DNA from: Microbacterium sp.
GTDB taxonomy: Bacteria > Actinomycetota > Actinomycetes > Actinomycetales > Microbacteriaceae
Assembly: GCF_047971895.1 (NCBI RefSeq)
Contig: NZ_JBKEAF010000001.1
Location: 10,495-74,494, forward strand
DNA length: 64,000 bases
Reading direction: 5' to 3'
This document shows, in pieces, positions 8,474 to 17,700 of the stretch. Made by a program: the position numbers and the translations under genes. How positions within the stretch are numbered: position 1 is the stretch's first letter; every line of letters starts with the position of its first letter. The notes below the pieces were generated by a model. The model saw only the letters and a program-made list of their open reading frames with translations, ran no database searches and was not told where the DNA came from.

Positions 8474-8653
8474 TCAGCCGCTCTTGCGACGGAACTCGCG
8501 CCTGGTCGTGGGGGCGTGCGTGCCGTGCACGGCGGAGTCCCCGTCGAGATGCGCCTCGCCCTCGCGGTGCTGTGCGTTCTTCTTGTCCAGCGCCTCGCGG
8601 AACTTGCGCTTCATCTCATCCGATGCGCCGCCGGCAGTGTCGTCGGTGCTCAT
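8474..8653 (-). CDS. Small conserved actinobacterial protein (DUF5302-like), 59 aa
   Basis: This ORF is not in the track because it is under 60 aa. My own translation is MSTDDTAGGASDEMKRKFREALDKKNAQHREGEAHLDGDSAVHGTHAPTTRREFRRKSG. The KFREALDKK...RREFRRKSG pattern recalls DUF5302. Confidence 0.55.
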   Translation of the reverse strand: MSTDDTAGGASDEMKRKFREALDKKNAQHREGEAHLDGDSAVHGTHAPTTRREFRRKSG

Positions 8654-8897
8654 GGCCTCATCTTAGAGGGAGAAGCACTGTCCCCTGGTAGGATTGGTGA
8701 GGTTGCCCTCGGGCATCCGTTCAACCACATATGAGCACGGTGTTCACGTGCTCAGCGGAGCAGGCTGGCAGCTAGCTGGTCCCCTGTGGTGGGTTCCCCG
8801 TCGATCGTGCCGGGTGATCTTCTACTGGTGACCAGTGCTGGCGAATCCGCGGGTCCGCTCGCGCGCCGAGATCTGCCTGTTCCTGCTCCTTCGCAAT

Positions 8898-8924
8898 GCT
8901 CGCGCGTCAGACGGACGCGCGAGC
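8898..8924 (+). promoter_or_regulatory. Perfect 11-bp stem-loop in the pnp 5' leader
   Basis: GCTCGCGCGTC-AGACG-GACGCGCGAGC ends 24 nt before the pnp TTG start, just upstream of the AAGGAG RBS. Confidence 0.35.
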
Positions 8925-8947
8925 TAAAACAAAGAAGGAGAGACCTC

Positions 8948-11203
8948 TTGGAAGGTCCTGAAATCACGTTCGCCGAAGCCGTCCTCGACAACGGCCGCTT
9001 CGGCACCCGCACCGTCCGGTTCGAGACCGGACGCCTTGCCCAGCAGGCGCAGGGTGCCGTCGCCGCCTACCTCGACGAGGAGACGATGCTGCTGTCGGCC
9101 ACCAGCGCCGGCAAGCACCCTCGCGAGGGCTTCGACTTCTTCCCGCTGACGGTCGACGTCGAAGAGCGCTCGTACGCGGCCGGCAAGATCCCCGGCTCGT
9201 TCTTCCGCCGCGAGGGCCGCCCCTCGACCGAGGCCATCCTCGTGTGCCGGCTCATCGACCGCCCGCTGCGCCCGTCGTTCGTCGACGGCCTGCGCAACGA
9301 GGTGCAGATCGTCGTCACGGTGCTCTCGATCGCACCGGGTGAGTTCTACGACGCGCTCGCGATCAACGCGGCCTCGCTGTCGACGCAGATCTCCGGTCTG
9401 CCGTTCTCGGGCCCGATCGCCGGCGTTCGCCTGGCGCTCATGCCCGGCCACGGTGAGCACGGCGACCAGTGGATCGCCTTCCCGACGGTCGCGCAGCTCG
9501 AGGAGGCCGTGTTCGACCTCATCGTCGCCGGCCGGGTGCTGCCCGACGGCGACGTCGCGATCATGATGGTCGAGGCCGAGGCCACCGAAGGCAGCTGGAA
9601 CCTCATCAAGGGCGGCGCGACGAAGCCGTCCGAAGAGGTCGTCGCACAGGGTCTCGAAGCGGCCAAGCCCTTCATCAAGGAGCTCGTCGCGGCACAGAAC
9701 GTCGTGGCGAACACCGCGGCGAAGGAGATCAAGGAGTTCCCGGTCTTCCTCCCCTACAGCCCCGAGACCTACGAGTTCGTCGCCGCCCGCGCGTATGACA
9801 AGCTCGCCGCCGTCTACCAGATCGCCGAGAAGGTCGCCCGGCAGGACGCCGACGACGAGGTGAAGGATGCGGTCAGGGCCGAGCTCTCCGCCGCGATCGA
9901 GGCGGGCGAGCTCCCCGCCGCGGCAGCAGCGGAGTTCTCTGCGGCGTACAAGTCGGTGACGAAGAAGATCGTGCGCGGGCGCATCCTCACCGACGGTGTC
10001 CGCATGGACGGGCGCGGGCTCGCCGACATCCGCCCGCTCGACGCGGAGGTCGACGTGATCCCCCGCGTGCACGGATCGGCGATCTTCCAGCGCGGTGAGA
10101 CCCAGATCCTGGGCGTCTCCACGCTGAACATGCTCAAGATGGAGCAGCAGATCGACTCGCTGTCGCCGGTCACCCGCAAGCGGTACATGCACCACTACAA
10201 CTTCCCGCCGTACTCGACCGGTGAGACCGGCCGGGTGGGCAGCCCCAAGCGCCGCGAGATCGGCCACGGCTTCCTTGCCGAGCGCGCTCTCGTGCCGGTG
10301 CTGCCGTCGCGCGAGGAGTTCCCGTACGCGATCCGTCAGGTGTCCGAGGCACTCGGCTCCAACGGCTCGACGTCTATGGGCTCGGTGTGCGCATCGACCC
10401 TGTCGCTGCTGAACGCCGGTGTGCCGCTGCGCGCACCCGTCGCCGGCATCGCGATGGGCCTGGTCTCGGACGAGGTCGACGGTGAGACCCGCTACGCGGC
10501 GCTCACCGACATCCTCGGCGCGGAGGACGCCCTCGGCGACATGGACTTCAAGGTAGCCGGCACCAGCGAGTTCGTCACGGCGATCCAGCTCGATACGAAA
10601 CTCGACGGCATCCCGTCGTCGGTGCTCGCGGGTGCGCTGGAGCAGGCCAAGGACGCGCGACTGAAGATCCTCGATGTCATCGATGCGGCCATCGACAGCC
10701 CCGACGAGATGGCGCCCACCGCGCCGCGCGTCATCAGCGTGCAGATCCCGGTCGACAAGATCGGTGAGCTCATCGGGCCCAAGGGCAAGACGATCAACGC
10801 GATCCAGGATGAGACCGGTGCCGACATCTCCATCGAGGAGGACGGCACGGTGTACATCGGCGCGGTCGACGGTCCGTCTGCCGAGGCGGCTCGCGCGCAG
10901 GTGAACGCGATCGCCAATCCCACCAACCCGGAGGTCGGCGAGCAGTTCCTCGGCACGGTGGTGAAGATCGCCGCGTTCGGCGCGTTCATCTCGCTGCTGC
11001 CCGGCAAGGACGGACTGCTGCACATCAGCGAGATCCGCAAGCTCGCCGGTGGAAAGCGCGTGGAGAACGTCGAGGACGTGCTCAGCGTCGGCCAGAAGCA
11101 GCTCGTGCGCATCACCAAGGTCGACGACCGCGGCAAGCTCTCGCTTGAGCCCGTGCTCGACGAGTCGGCCGACGCCGCGGCAGAGGCTCCGACCGAGGGC
11201 TGA
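8948..11203 (+). CDS. pnp: Polyribonucleotide nucleotidyltransferase (PNPase)
   Basis: The translation ...[21 protein letters not shown]...[30 protein letters not shown]... shows two RNase PH domains plus KH and S1 domains. The start is placed at TTG 8948, which has an AAGGAG RBS. The track start 8786 adds a non-homologous extension. Confidence 0.95.
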   Translation: MEGPEITFAEAVLDNGRFGTRTVRFETGRLAQQAQGAVAAYLDEETMLLSATSAGKHPREGFDFFPLTVDVEERSYAAGKIPGSFFRREGRPSTEAILVCRLIDRPLRPSFVDGLRNEVQIVVTVLSIAPGEFYDALAINAASLSTQISGLPFSGPIAGVRLALMPGHGEHGDQWIAFPTVAQLEEAVFDLIVAGRVLPDGDVAIMMVEAEATEGSWNLIKGGATKPSEEVVAQGLEAAKPFIKELVAAQNVVANTAAKEIKEFPVFLPYSPETYEFVAARAYDKLAAVYQIAEKVARQDADDEVKDAVRAELSAAIEAGELPAAAAAEFSAAYKSVTKKIVRGRILTDGVRMDGRGLADIRPLDAEVDVIPRVHGSAIFQRGETQILGVSTLNMLKMEQQIDSLSPVTRKRYMHHYNFPPYSTGETGRVGSPKRREIGHGFLAERALVPVLPSREEFPYAIRQVSEALGSNGSTSMGSVCASTLSLLNAGVPLRAPVAGIAMGLVSDEVDGETRYAALTDILGAEDALGDMDFKVAGTSEFVTAIQLDTKLDGIPSSVLAGALEQAKDARLKILDVIDAAIDSPDEMAPTAPRVISVQIPVDKIGELIGPKGKTINAIQDETGADISIEEDGTVYIGAVDGPSAEAARAQVNAIANPTNPEVGEQFLGTVVKIAAFGAFISLLPGKDGLLHISEIRKLAGGKRVENVEDVLSVGQKQLVRITKVDDRGKLSLEPVLDESADAAAEAPTEG

Positions 11204-11216
11204 GAAGCGGCCACAG

Positions 11217-11253
11217 ACGCCCGGTCGCCTCGCAGGGAGGGGTGACCGGGCGT
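11217..11253 (+). terminator. pnp terminator hairpin
   Basis: ACGCCCGGTC ... GACCGGGCGT forms a 10-bp stem, followed by a T-containing tail. Confidence 0.55.
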
Positions 11254-11405
11254 TCTGCGCGCTTTGTGATCGAAGCGTTATGCAATATTCGCCAACTGGC
11301 CGCGGGAACGGCCTGATCAGCCGCATCCCTGCCCTAGCCTTCTTGTAAGCGTCGGGGGCGACGCGAAGAGCGATCACGAGGCCCAGGCATCGTGAGAGGG
11401 GCGAC

Positions 11406-12473
11406 ATGCGTATCTTCGGCGTCGGTTCATCCGAAGCGGCACAGACGGCGATCGGCACGTCCACCGCGACGTCCGCGCCGACAGTGAGGACGCGCAGCAT
11501 CCACCCCTCGGCCCCGATCCCGGTGCAGGGCGCTCCGATCGGCGAAGCCCTGCGCGTTCCGCTCGGCGAAAGCGGCCTGAGCGTGTTCCCGTTGATCCTC
11601 GGCGGCGCCGAGTTCGGCTGGAACGTCGACATCGCAGCGAGCCACTCGATCCTCGATCGGTATCGCGCCTTCGGCGGCAACATCGTGCACACCGCCGACA
11701 GCCATGCGTCGGGTCGCAGCGAGCACATCATCGGCCGGTGGATCACCACACGGTCGGCGCGCGACGACATCGTGGTGGCGACCCGCGTGGCCGGCAGCGT
11801 CGACCACCCCGGGCTGGGGTCGGTGAACCTCGTGCGCGCCGTGGAGGCCTCGCTGCAGCGACTGGAGACCGACCGCATCGACCTGCTCTACCTCGACGGC
11901 GGCGCCGACCTGCGCACCCCGCTGGACGAGACTCTCGCGACAGCGGAGTGGCTCGTCGAGTCGGGCAAGGTGCGCGCCGTCGGCGCATTCGGCTTCACCC
12001 CCGAACGGCTGGTCGAAGCACGGATCCTGTCATCGGCCGGCTACCCGCACCTGACCGTGCTCGATGCGCCCTACAACGTGCTGCGCCGGAAGGACTTCGA
12101 GGGCGACCTGCGCCTGGTCGCGGGCGCTCAGGGGATGGCGGTGACGCCCTCGCACGCCCTGCAGCACGGGTTCCTCTCGGGTCGGTACCGCTCGCGCCCG
12201 CGCAAGGGCGACAACACCGGCGTGCGGCGAGCTCAGGCGGTCGGCAGCCTCAACCGCCGCGGCAACCGCATCTTGCGGGCACTGGATACCGTCGCCGGCG
12301 ACGTGGATGTTCCGCCTGCTGCGGTCGCGGTGGCGTGGCTGCTCGCGCAGAAGCCGGTCGTCGCGCCGATCGTGAACGTGTTCGCACCCGATCAGGTGGA
12401 TGAGCTCGTCCGCGGAATCGGTGTGCGCCTCAGCCGCGCACAGCTCTCGGAGTTGGCGCGCGCTGCCGAGTGA
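11406..12473 (+). CDS. Aldo/keto reductase
   Basis: The translation LGESGLSVFPLILGGAEFGW...GGNIVHTADSH...IDLLYLDG is AKR-family-like. The start is uncertain; GTG 11523 is an alternative. Confidence 0.75.
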   Translation: MRIFGVGSSEAAQTAIGTSTATSAPTVRTRSIHPSAPIPVQGAPIGEALRVPLGESGLSVFPLILGGAEFGWNVDIAASHSILDRYRAFGGNIVHTADSHASGRSEHIIGRWITTRSARDDIVVATRVAGSVDHPGLGSVNLVRAVEASLQRLETDRIDLLYLDGGADLRTPLDETLATAEWLVESGKVRAVGAFGFTPERLVEARILSSAGYPHLTVLDAPYNVLRRKDFEGDLRLVAGAQGMAVTPSHALQHGFLSGRYRSRPRKGDNTGVRRAQAVGSLNRRGNRILRALDTVAGDVDVPPAAVAVAWLLAQKPVVAPIVNVFAPDQVDELVRGIGVRLSRAQLSELARAAE

Positions 12474-12565
12474 CGACGGGCCGACGCCCGCAGGAGTGAC
12501 GTAGGGTGGATGAGGCGGCTCGGCCGCCGACCCGGACCTCTTGTCGCGAAAAGTGAGCCTGTGCA

Positions 12566-13168
12566 GTGACGCATTACCTCTACCTCGTGCGCCACGGTGA
12601 ACAGCAGGATGCCGAGCACGGTCTGCCCGACGGTCCGCTCTCGCCGAGAGGTCAGCGGCAAGCGGCGCTCGTCGCGGACCGGCTGTCGGGCGTTCCCCTC
12701 ACTTCGGTGTGGCACTCGCCGTTGCAGCGTGCCGCGCAGACGGCCGAGGTGCTCGCCGAGCGGCTGCCGGCCGTCGACCCGAAGCCGAGCGCCCTGCTCT
12801 TCGACTGCGTGCCCACCGGGATCACCCCCGACACGCCGAGCGCCTTCGAGCCGTTCTTCGGCTCGATCAGCGATGAGCAGATCGAGGCTGGCCACGCGCA
12901 GATGGCCGACGCCGTGGCAGAGTTCCTGGCACGCAAGCCCGGCGAGATGCACGACGTGCTGATCACGCACAACTTCGTGATCGCCTGGTTCGTCCGTGAG
13001 GTGCTGCAGACGCCGGAATGGCGCTGGATGACCCTCAACCAGGCCAACTGCGGGCTGACCGTCCTCGGGCAGAAGCCCGGCCGGCCCTGGACCCTGCTCA
13101 CGTTCAACGACATGGCGCATCTACCCGTCGAACTGCGCACCGGGCTGCCCGAGTCGCTGCCGTTCTGA
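12566..13168 (+). CDS. Histidine phosphatase family protein (phosphoglycerate-mutase-like)
   Basis: The N-terminus LYLVRHGEQ carries the RHG motif, and SPLQRAAQTAEVL follows. Confidence 0.8.
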   Translation: MTHYLYLVRHGEQQDAEHGLPDGPLSPRGQRQAALVADRLSGVPLTSVWHSPLQRAAQTAEVLAERLPAVDPKPSALLFDCVPTGITPDTPSAFEPFFGSISDEQIEAGHAQMADAVAEFLARKPGEMHDVLITHNFVIAWFVREVLQTPEWRWMTLNQANCGLTVLGQKPGRPWTLLTFNDMAHLPVELRTGLPESLPF

Positions 13169-13200
13169 GGTCGACCGGTGCCTTCGGTCGGCTGAATAGG

Positions 13201-13965
13201 ATGGATGACATGACGACGCGTGTGGCCATCGTGGGGGGTACGGGCAAGCTCGGTGCCATCATCCGCGCGGTCGTCGACGACACGGACGGCTTCGCGACGT
13301 CTGCGGTGCTGACCTCGCGCAGCGCGGTGGACGACATCGACGGCGCCGATCTCGTCATCGATGCGAGCGTCCCGGCGGTGAGCATGGATGTCATCCGCGC
13401 GGCGATCGACCGTGGTCAGAACCTCCTCGTCGGCACTTCCGGGTGGTCGCAGGAGCGCATCGCACTCGTGCGGCCGCTGGTCGAGGCCGCGGGAACGGGG
13501 GCCGTCTTCATCCCGAACTTCTCGCTGGGCTCGGTGCTCGGCACGGCCCTGGCCGCCGCCGCCGCACCATTCTTTCCCTCGGCGGAGATCGTTGAGGCAC
13601 ACCGGGAGACCAAGATCGACTCGCCCAGCGGCACCGCGGTGCGCACCGCTGAGCAGCTCGCCGCCGCGCGGGCGTCCACCGGGCCCGTGGAGGCCCCCTA
13701 CACCGATCAGCGGGCACGCGGGCAGCAGGTGGCGAGCGTGCCCGTGCACTCGCTGCGCCGCCCCGGCGTGATCGCCCGGCAGGAGGTCATCCTCGCCGGC
13801 CCCGGGGAGTCGCTGTCGATCGTGCACGATACGGTGGACCCGGTGCTGGCGTATGCCCCCGGCATCCGTATCGCCCTTTCGGCGGCGCGTGACGCGACGG
13901 GCGTCGTCGTGGGCCTGGACAGCCTGTTCGACATCGGTCTGCGGGGCGGGGCGACCGGCGCATGA
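13201..13965 (+). CDS. dapB: 4-hydroxy-tetrahydrodipicolinate reductase
   Basis: The motifs VAIVGGTGKLG, LLVGTSGW, PNFSLG and EAHRETKIDSPSGTA are DapB signatures. The start is ATG 13201 or 13210. Confidence 0.92.
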   Translation: MDDMTTRVAIVGGTGKLGAIIRAVVDDTDGFATSAVLTSRSAVDDIDGADLVIDASVPAVSMDVIRAAIDRGQNLLVGTSGWSQERIALVRPLVEAAGTGAVFIPNFSLGSVLGTALAAAAAPFFPSAEIVEAHRETKIDSPSGTAVRTAEQLAAARASTGPVEAPYTDQRARGQQVASVPVHSLRRPGVIARQEVILAGPGESLSIVHDTVDPVLAYAPGIRIALSAARDATGVVVGLDSLFDIGLRGGATGA

Positions 13966-14447
13966 ATCCGCGCATCGGCGTGGCCGTCATGGCCGCGGCC
14001 CTGCTGCTGTACATCGTGCTCGTCGCCCAGCGAGCCTACGTGCTGCTGGTCAGCGGCGATGTCGTCGCCGTCATGATGGGAGCGGCGCTCGTCGTGCTCC
14101 CACTGTTGGCCGTGTGGGGGCTCGGTCGCGAGCTGTGGTTCGGGTGGCGCGCCGAGCAGCTCGGCCGACGGATCGAGACGGAGGGCGCCCTGCCTACCGA
14201 AGAGTTCGACGTGCGCCCCAGCGGTCGCCCGTTGCGAGAACACGCCGACGCGCTGTTCCCCGCGTACCGCGCGGATGCCGAGGCGCACCCCGAGGACTGG
14301 CGGGCGTGGTACCGGCTGGCGCTCGTCTACGACGGTGCCGGTGACCGGCGACGCGCACGGGCGGCGGTGCGCACGGCGATCGCCCTGGAGTCGGTGGACC
14401 ACTGTGGCTCGATCGGCGGCAGGTGTCGGGCGGCCAGGCGAGAGTAG
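13962..14447 (+). CDS. Hypothetical membrane protein with TPR-like C-terminal part
   Basis: 161 aa with two N-terminal TM helices. It overlaps the dapB stop by 4 nt. The last ~20 codons look non-native; see the junction finding. Confidence 0.5.
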   Translation: MNPRIGVAVMAAALLLYIVLVAQRAYVLLVSGDVVAVMMGAALVVLPLLAVWGLGRELWFGWRAEQLGRRIETEGALPTEEFDVRPSGRPLREHADALFPAYRADAEAHPEDWRAWYRLALVYDGAGDRRRARAAVRTAIALESVDHCGSIGGRCRAARRE

Positions 14448-14625
14448 CTTCGAGTGTGACCTCGACTCCGGCCAGCACCTGTGATACCGGGCAGCCGGAT
14501 TCGGCCTCCTCGGCGATCAGCTCTTCTGGCGTCGTGACGAAATCAGAGCCCTCGCTGCGCGCCTTCCCGTTGTGGGCGTGGTTGTTTCCTTTACCCGCGG
14601 CCAGCAGAACCTCGCCTTCCACACG
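14437..14625 (-). pseudogene. OsmC-family peroxiredoxin remnant (C-terminal ~45 aa, no start and no stop)
   Basis: The minus-strand translation ...GSDFVTTPEELIAEEAESGCPVSQVLAGVEVTLEATLA resembles the E. coli OsmC C-terminus ...KAKAGCPVSQVLKAEITLDYQLKS. The upstream part is not OsmC-like, and the frame runs on without a stop into the neighbouring gene. Confidence 0.45.
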
Positions 14626-14773
14626 GCATGCTTCACCCCCGACGTACCTGAGACACCGAACCGCCCCACGCGTGCGAAGACGCTGAGGAACGTCGGCGTT
14701 GAACGGCGACGAGACCCGTGGTGTAGGGTGTGTAGACGGATATTTATGATGGGGGCTGGATTTGTCGAGACAA

Positions 14774-17700
14774 ATGAAGATCACGGGGTCGATCGCTGTG
14801 ACCGCACTGGTGCTATCGGGGGTCGGCCTGATGGCTGCTCCTGCCGCTGTGGCTGCGTCAGGAGCGGTGAGCGGGACGGTCTTCTATGATTACGACGGCG
14901 AGGGGGATTTCGACACAGGCAATCTACCCACGACCGGTATCGCGAATGATCGCGTTGCAGCGGGAATACTTGTCACCGCCTACGATGCGGCGGGAAATTC
15001 AGTGGGCTCTGCGACGACCACCAACACGGGGTCAGTCAACTATTCTATCTCGTTGGACTCTGCGGTGAGCGTTGGAGACCCGCTGCGTATCGAGTTCACG
15101 AAGATTCCGACAGGGTACGCAGACACCTTCTTTCCTACCGAAGGTGGAGAAAGCGGAACAAGCGTGCAGTTCGTCTCCGCGGGCGCGGAGAACGTCGATC
15201 TTGGCTTGTTCTCGCCGAACGAGTACAACACGGGGAACACTGCCCTCGCGATGTCCATGATCCTGCCGGGCACCCCGGGCGAATCCCTGCAGGGTAGCGA
15301 GCCCGCTATTTCTGCAATTCCTTGGACGGCACCCATCAATTATCCCGCCTGGTTGGGCCCTGGGTACGAAGACGGGTCTCCAGATCACGCATCACGGAAA
15401 ACCTATGCGACCTTCGATGAGGTTGGGTCGGTAGACACGGGTGTCTTCAATCCTGTCAACGGGTCGTTGTATGCTGCGGCAACGTACAAGCGTGGTGCTG
15501 GGCTAAAGGAAGATGCCTCGGGCCCTAAGTTGGGTGCTATTTATGAAGTGCCGAAGGCAATGGACCCGGCCACAGGTGCCCTGCTTGAGGGAGATTCGGT
15601 CACTGAATGGGTCGACGTCGTCACACTTGGAATAGACATCGGCCAAGGAGACATCCAAACCAACGCTGCTCGTGGGCTTGGAAACGGGACGACGGCTGGT
15701 GCCGACATCAATGCGTTCAAGAACGCAGGCAAGGTTGGTATCGGCGGAGTTGCCGTTGACGCCGCAGGCAAGACGCTCTACTTTGTCAATCTGAAAGACG
15801 AAAAGGTGTACGGGATTGACATAGCAACGAAGTCTCTGCTCAAGACCAGTTGGGCCACACCTGCTGCTTCTCGTGACACCCAGCGTCCCTACGCACTGCT
15901 CATCCGCAACCAGGAACTCTACGTGGGGTATGTAGACACCTCGGATTCTTCAGGTAAGCCATTCACGGCGATGAGCAACGAGCAGAAGGCCTACGTCGCA
16001 AAGGCTCTGCTTGACGACGCTGGCGGTGTCGGCTCGTTCGATGTGGTACTCGAGGCACCGCTGGGCTATGCGAAGGGTGATCCTCTCGACGGCTGGTGGA
16101 CGGGTTTCGATTCTCACCCAGAGACGATTCCTCTGAGGGACACCTATCCTCAGATCGTGCGGTGGAATAGCTGGACAGACGTATGGACCGACGGTACGGA
16201 TGCCGTAGCGTTTGAGCCGTCCAATCCTGCCGCCGGGTATGGGACGACCCCGTGGCCGTACGGGACCCAGACCTATCCTCAGGCCATGCTTACCAGTATT
16301 GCCATTGACAGCGACGGATATCTCACCCTCGGATTAAGGGACCGAACCACAACGCAGGGCGGCGTATACCAGGATCCAGCACTTGAGCATCCAGTCAAGA
16401 AGAACGAAGCTGGCGTGTTCTACAAATACGAGGCGGTGTCCTCGGGCGACATCCTCCTTGCGGCGCCCACGGCCGACGGCAGGTATGAGCTGGAGTCGAA
16501 CGGTGAAGTCGGCACTCGTGCGGCAAGCACTAAGGCATACAACCCGAGCAACGGGACAAACCCTGAGCGCAACCCGCAGGTCCCGACGGTGGGAGAAGGC
16601 CCCGGGGGCCGTGAATTCTACGATGACGCGATGTACCTTGACTTGCGCCCTACTAAGGACAACAGGCACCATGAGATTGGTCTCGGCGGCGTCCTGAGCC
16701 TCCCGGGCGTCAGTGAAGTCGCAGCGAGCGCCTACGACCCGTGGAGCCGTGTGTACGTGCAGGGTGTTGCCTGGTACCGCTCCACCGACGGAACCGCGAT
16801 ACGCGCATACGAGCAGAACGCCGCCGGGTCGAGTTTCGGGTTGAAGCAAGGGGAGATTCTCGGTTTTGGCAAGGGCGGCGCGTTGAATCTGCTCTCTACT
16901 ATGACGCGCGCAGCGCCCATCGAAATTGGAAACCGCACCTGGCTTGACGCCGATCAGGACGGCATTCAGGACGCGGACGAGCCAGCGATCAACGGCGTAA
17001 CGGTTTCGCTGTACGCGGCAGATGCGGCCGGCAAACCCACTGGATCCAAACTTGCCGACACGACGACGGCTACTCTGAACGGTGAGCCGGGCTCGTACAT
17101 TTTCTCGAGTGCCAAGACGGAACGACTTGAACCCAACAAGAACTACGTCGTGGTCTTTACCTACCCCACCACCGCCGATGAGGTCGCGCTCGGAGGCGCT
17201 GGAGCCGACAATCCGGACTACGAAGGCCTCACATGGAATCGTCTGTCGATCACCAAACCTAAACAAGGAGATTCACGGCTCATCGACTCGAACCCGAACC
17301 CCGAGACCGGTCAGGCCCCAGTCTCACTGGGTGATCCGGGGAGAAACGATCACACCATCGACGCCGGATTCATCTTCAGGACACCGAAGGTCACCATCGA
17401 AAAGGGCGACTCCGCTGACGGACAGAGCATCACGCACGATGCGGACACTGCGTCTGAAAGCCAAAACTATGAGCCCGGCGAAACTCGTACCATTGTGCTG
17501 GAAGTGACGAACACCGGCGATGAAGACCTGCGAGAGGTCGTTCTGGTAGATGACACCCTGGCGGGAGATGCCATCGTCAGCCTCGTCTGGACCATGCCCG
17601 ACGGTACGAAGACTGAAGCAGTGAAGAACGCTGATGGGAAGTTTGAGGCGCGCTGGGAAGCAACGTTCGGCAAGGGTGACGCTCGATGGGCTCCAGGAGC

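Noticed and set aside
8786-8947. N-terminal extensions suggested by the ORF track for pnp. The same applies to recA, lexA, hisC, hisB, pheT, argC/J/B/D, rnj, infC and the 19672 ORF.
   Set aside because: Homology begins at internal starts that have an RBS or that overlap the upstream stop codon. The extensions are Arg/Pro-rich and overlap the preceding genes.
11270-11300. An AT-rich patch, GCGTTATGCAATATTCGCC, as a dif/XerCD site.
   Set aside because: It lacks the conserved XerD arm (TTATGT-AA-T) and the 6-bp central-region geometry. It is more likely a promoter -10 region for the downstream reductase gene.
14724-14737. Possible target-site duplication flanking the island: TAGGGTGTGTAGAC versus TTGGGTGAGTAGTC at 21878-21891.
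   Set aside because: The identity is only 11 of 14 with no supporting inverted repeats or integrase. This cannot be distinguished from chance.
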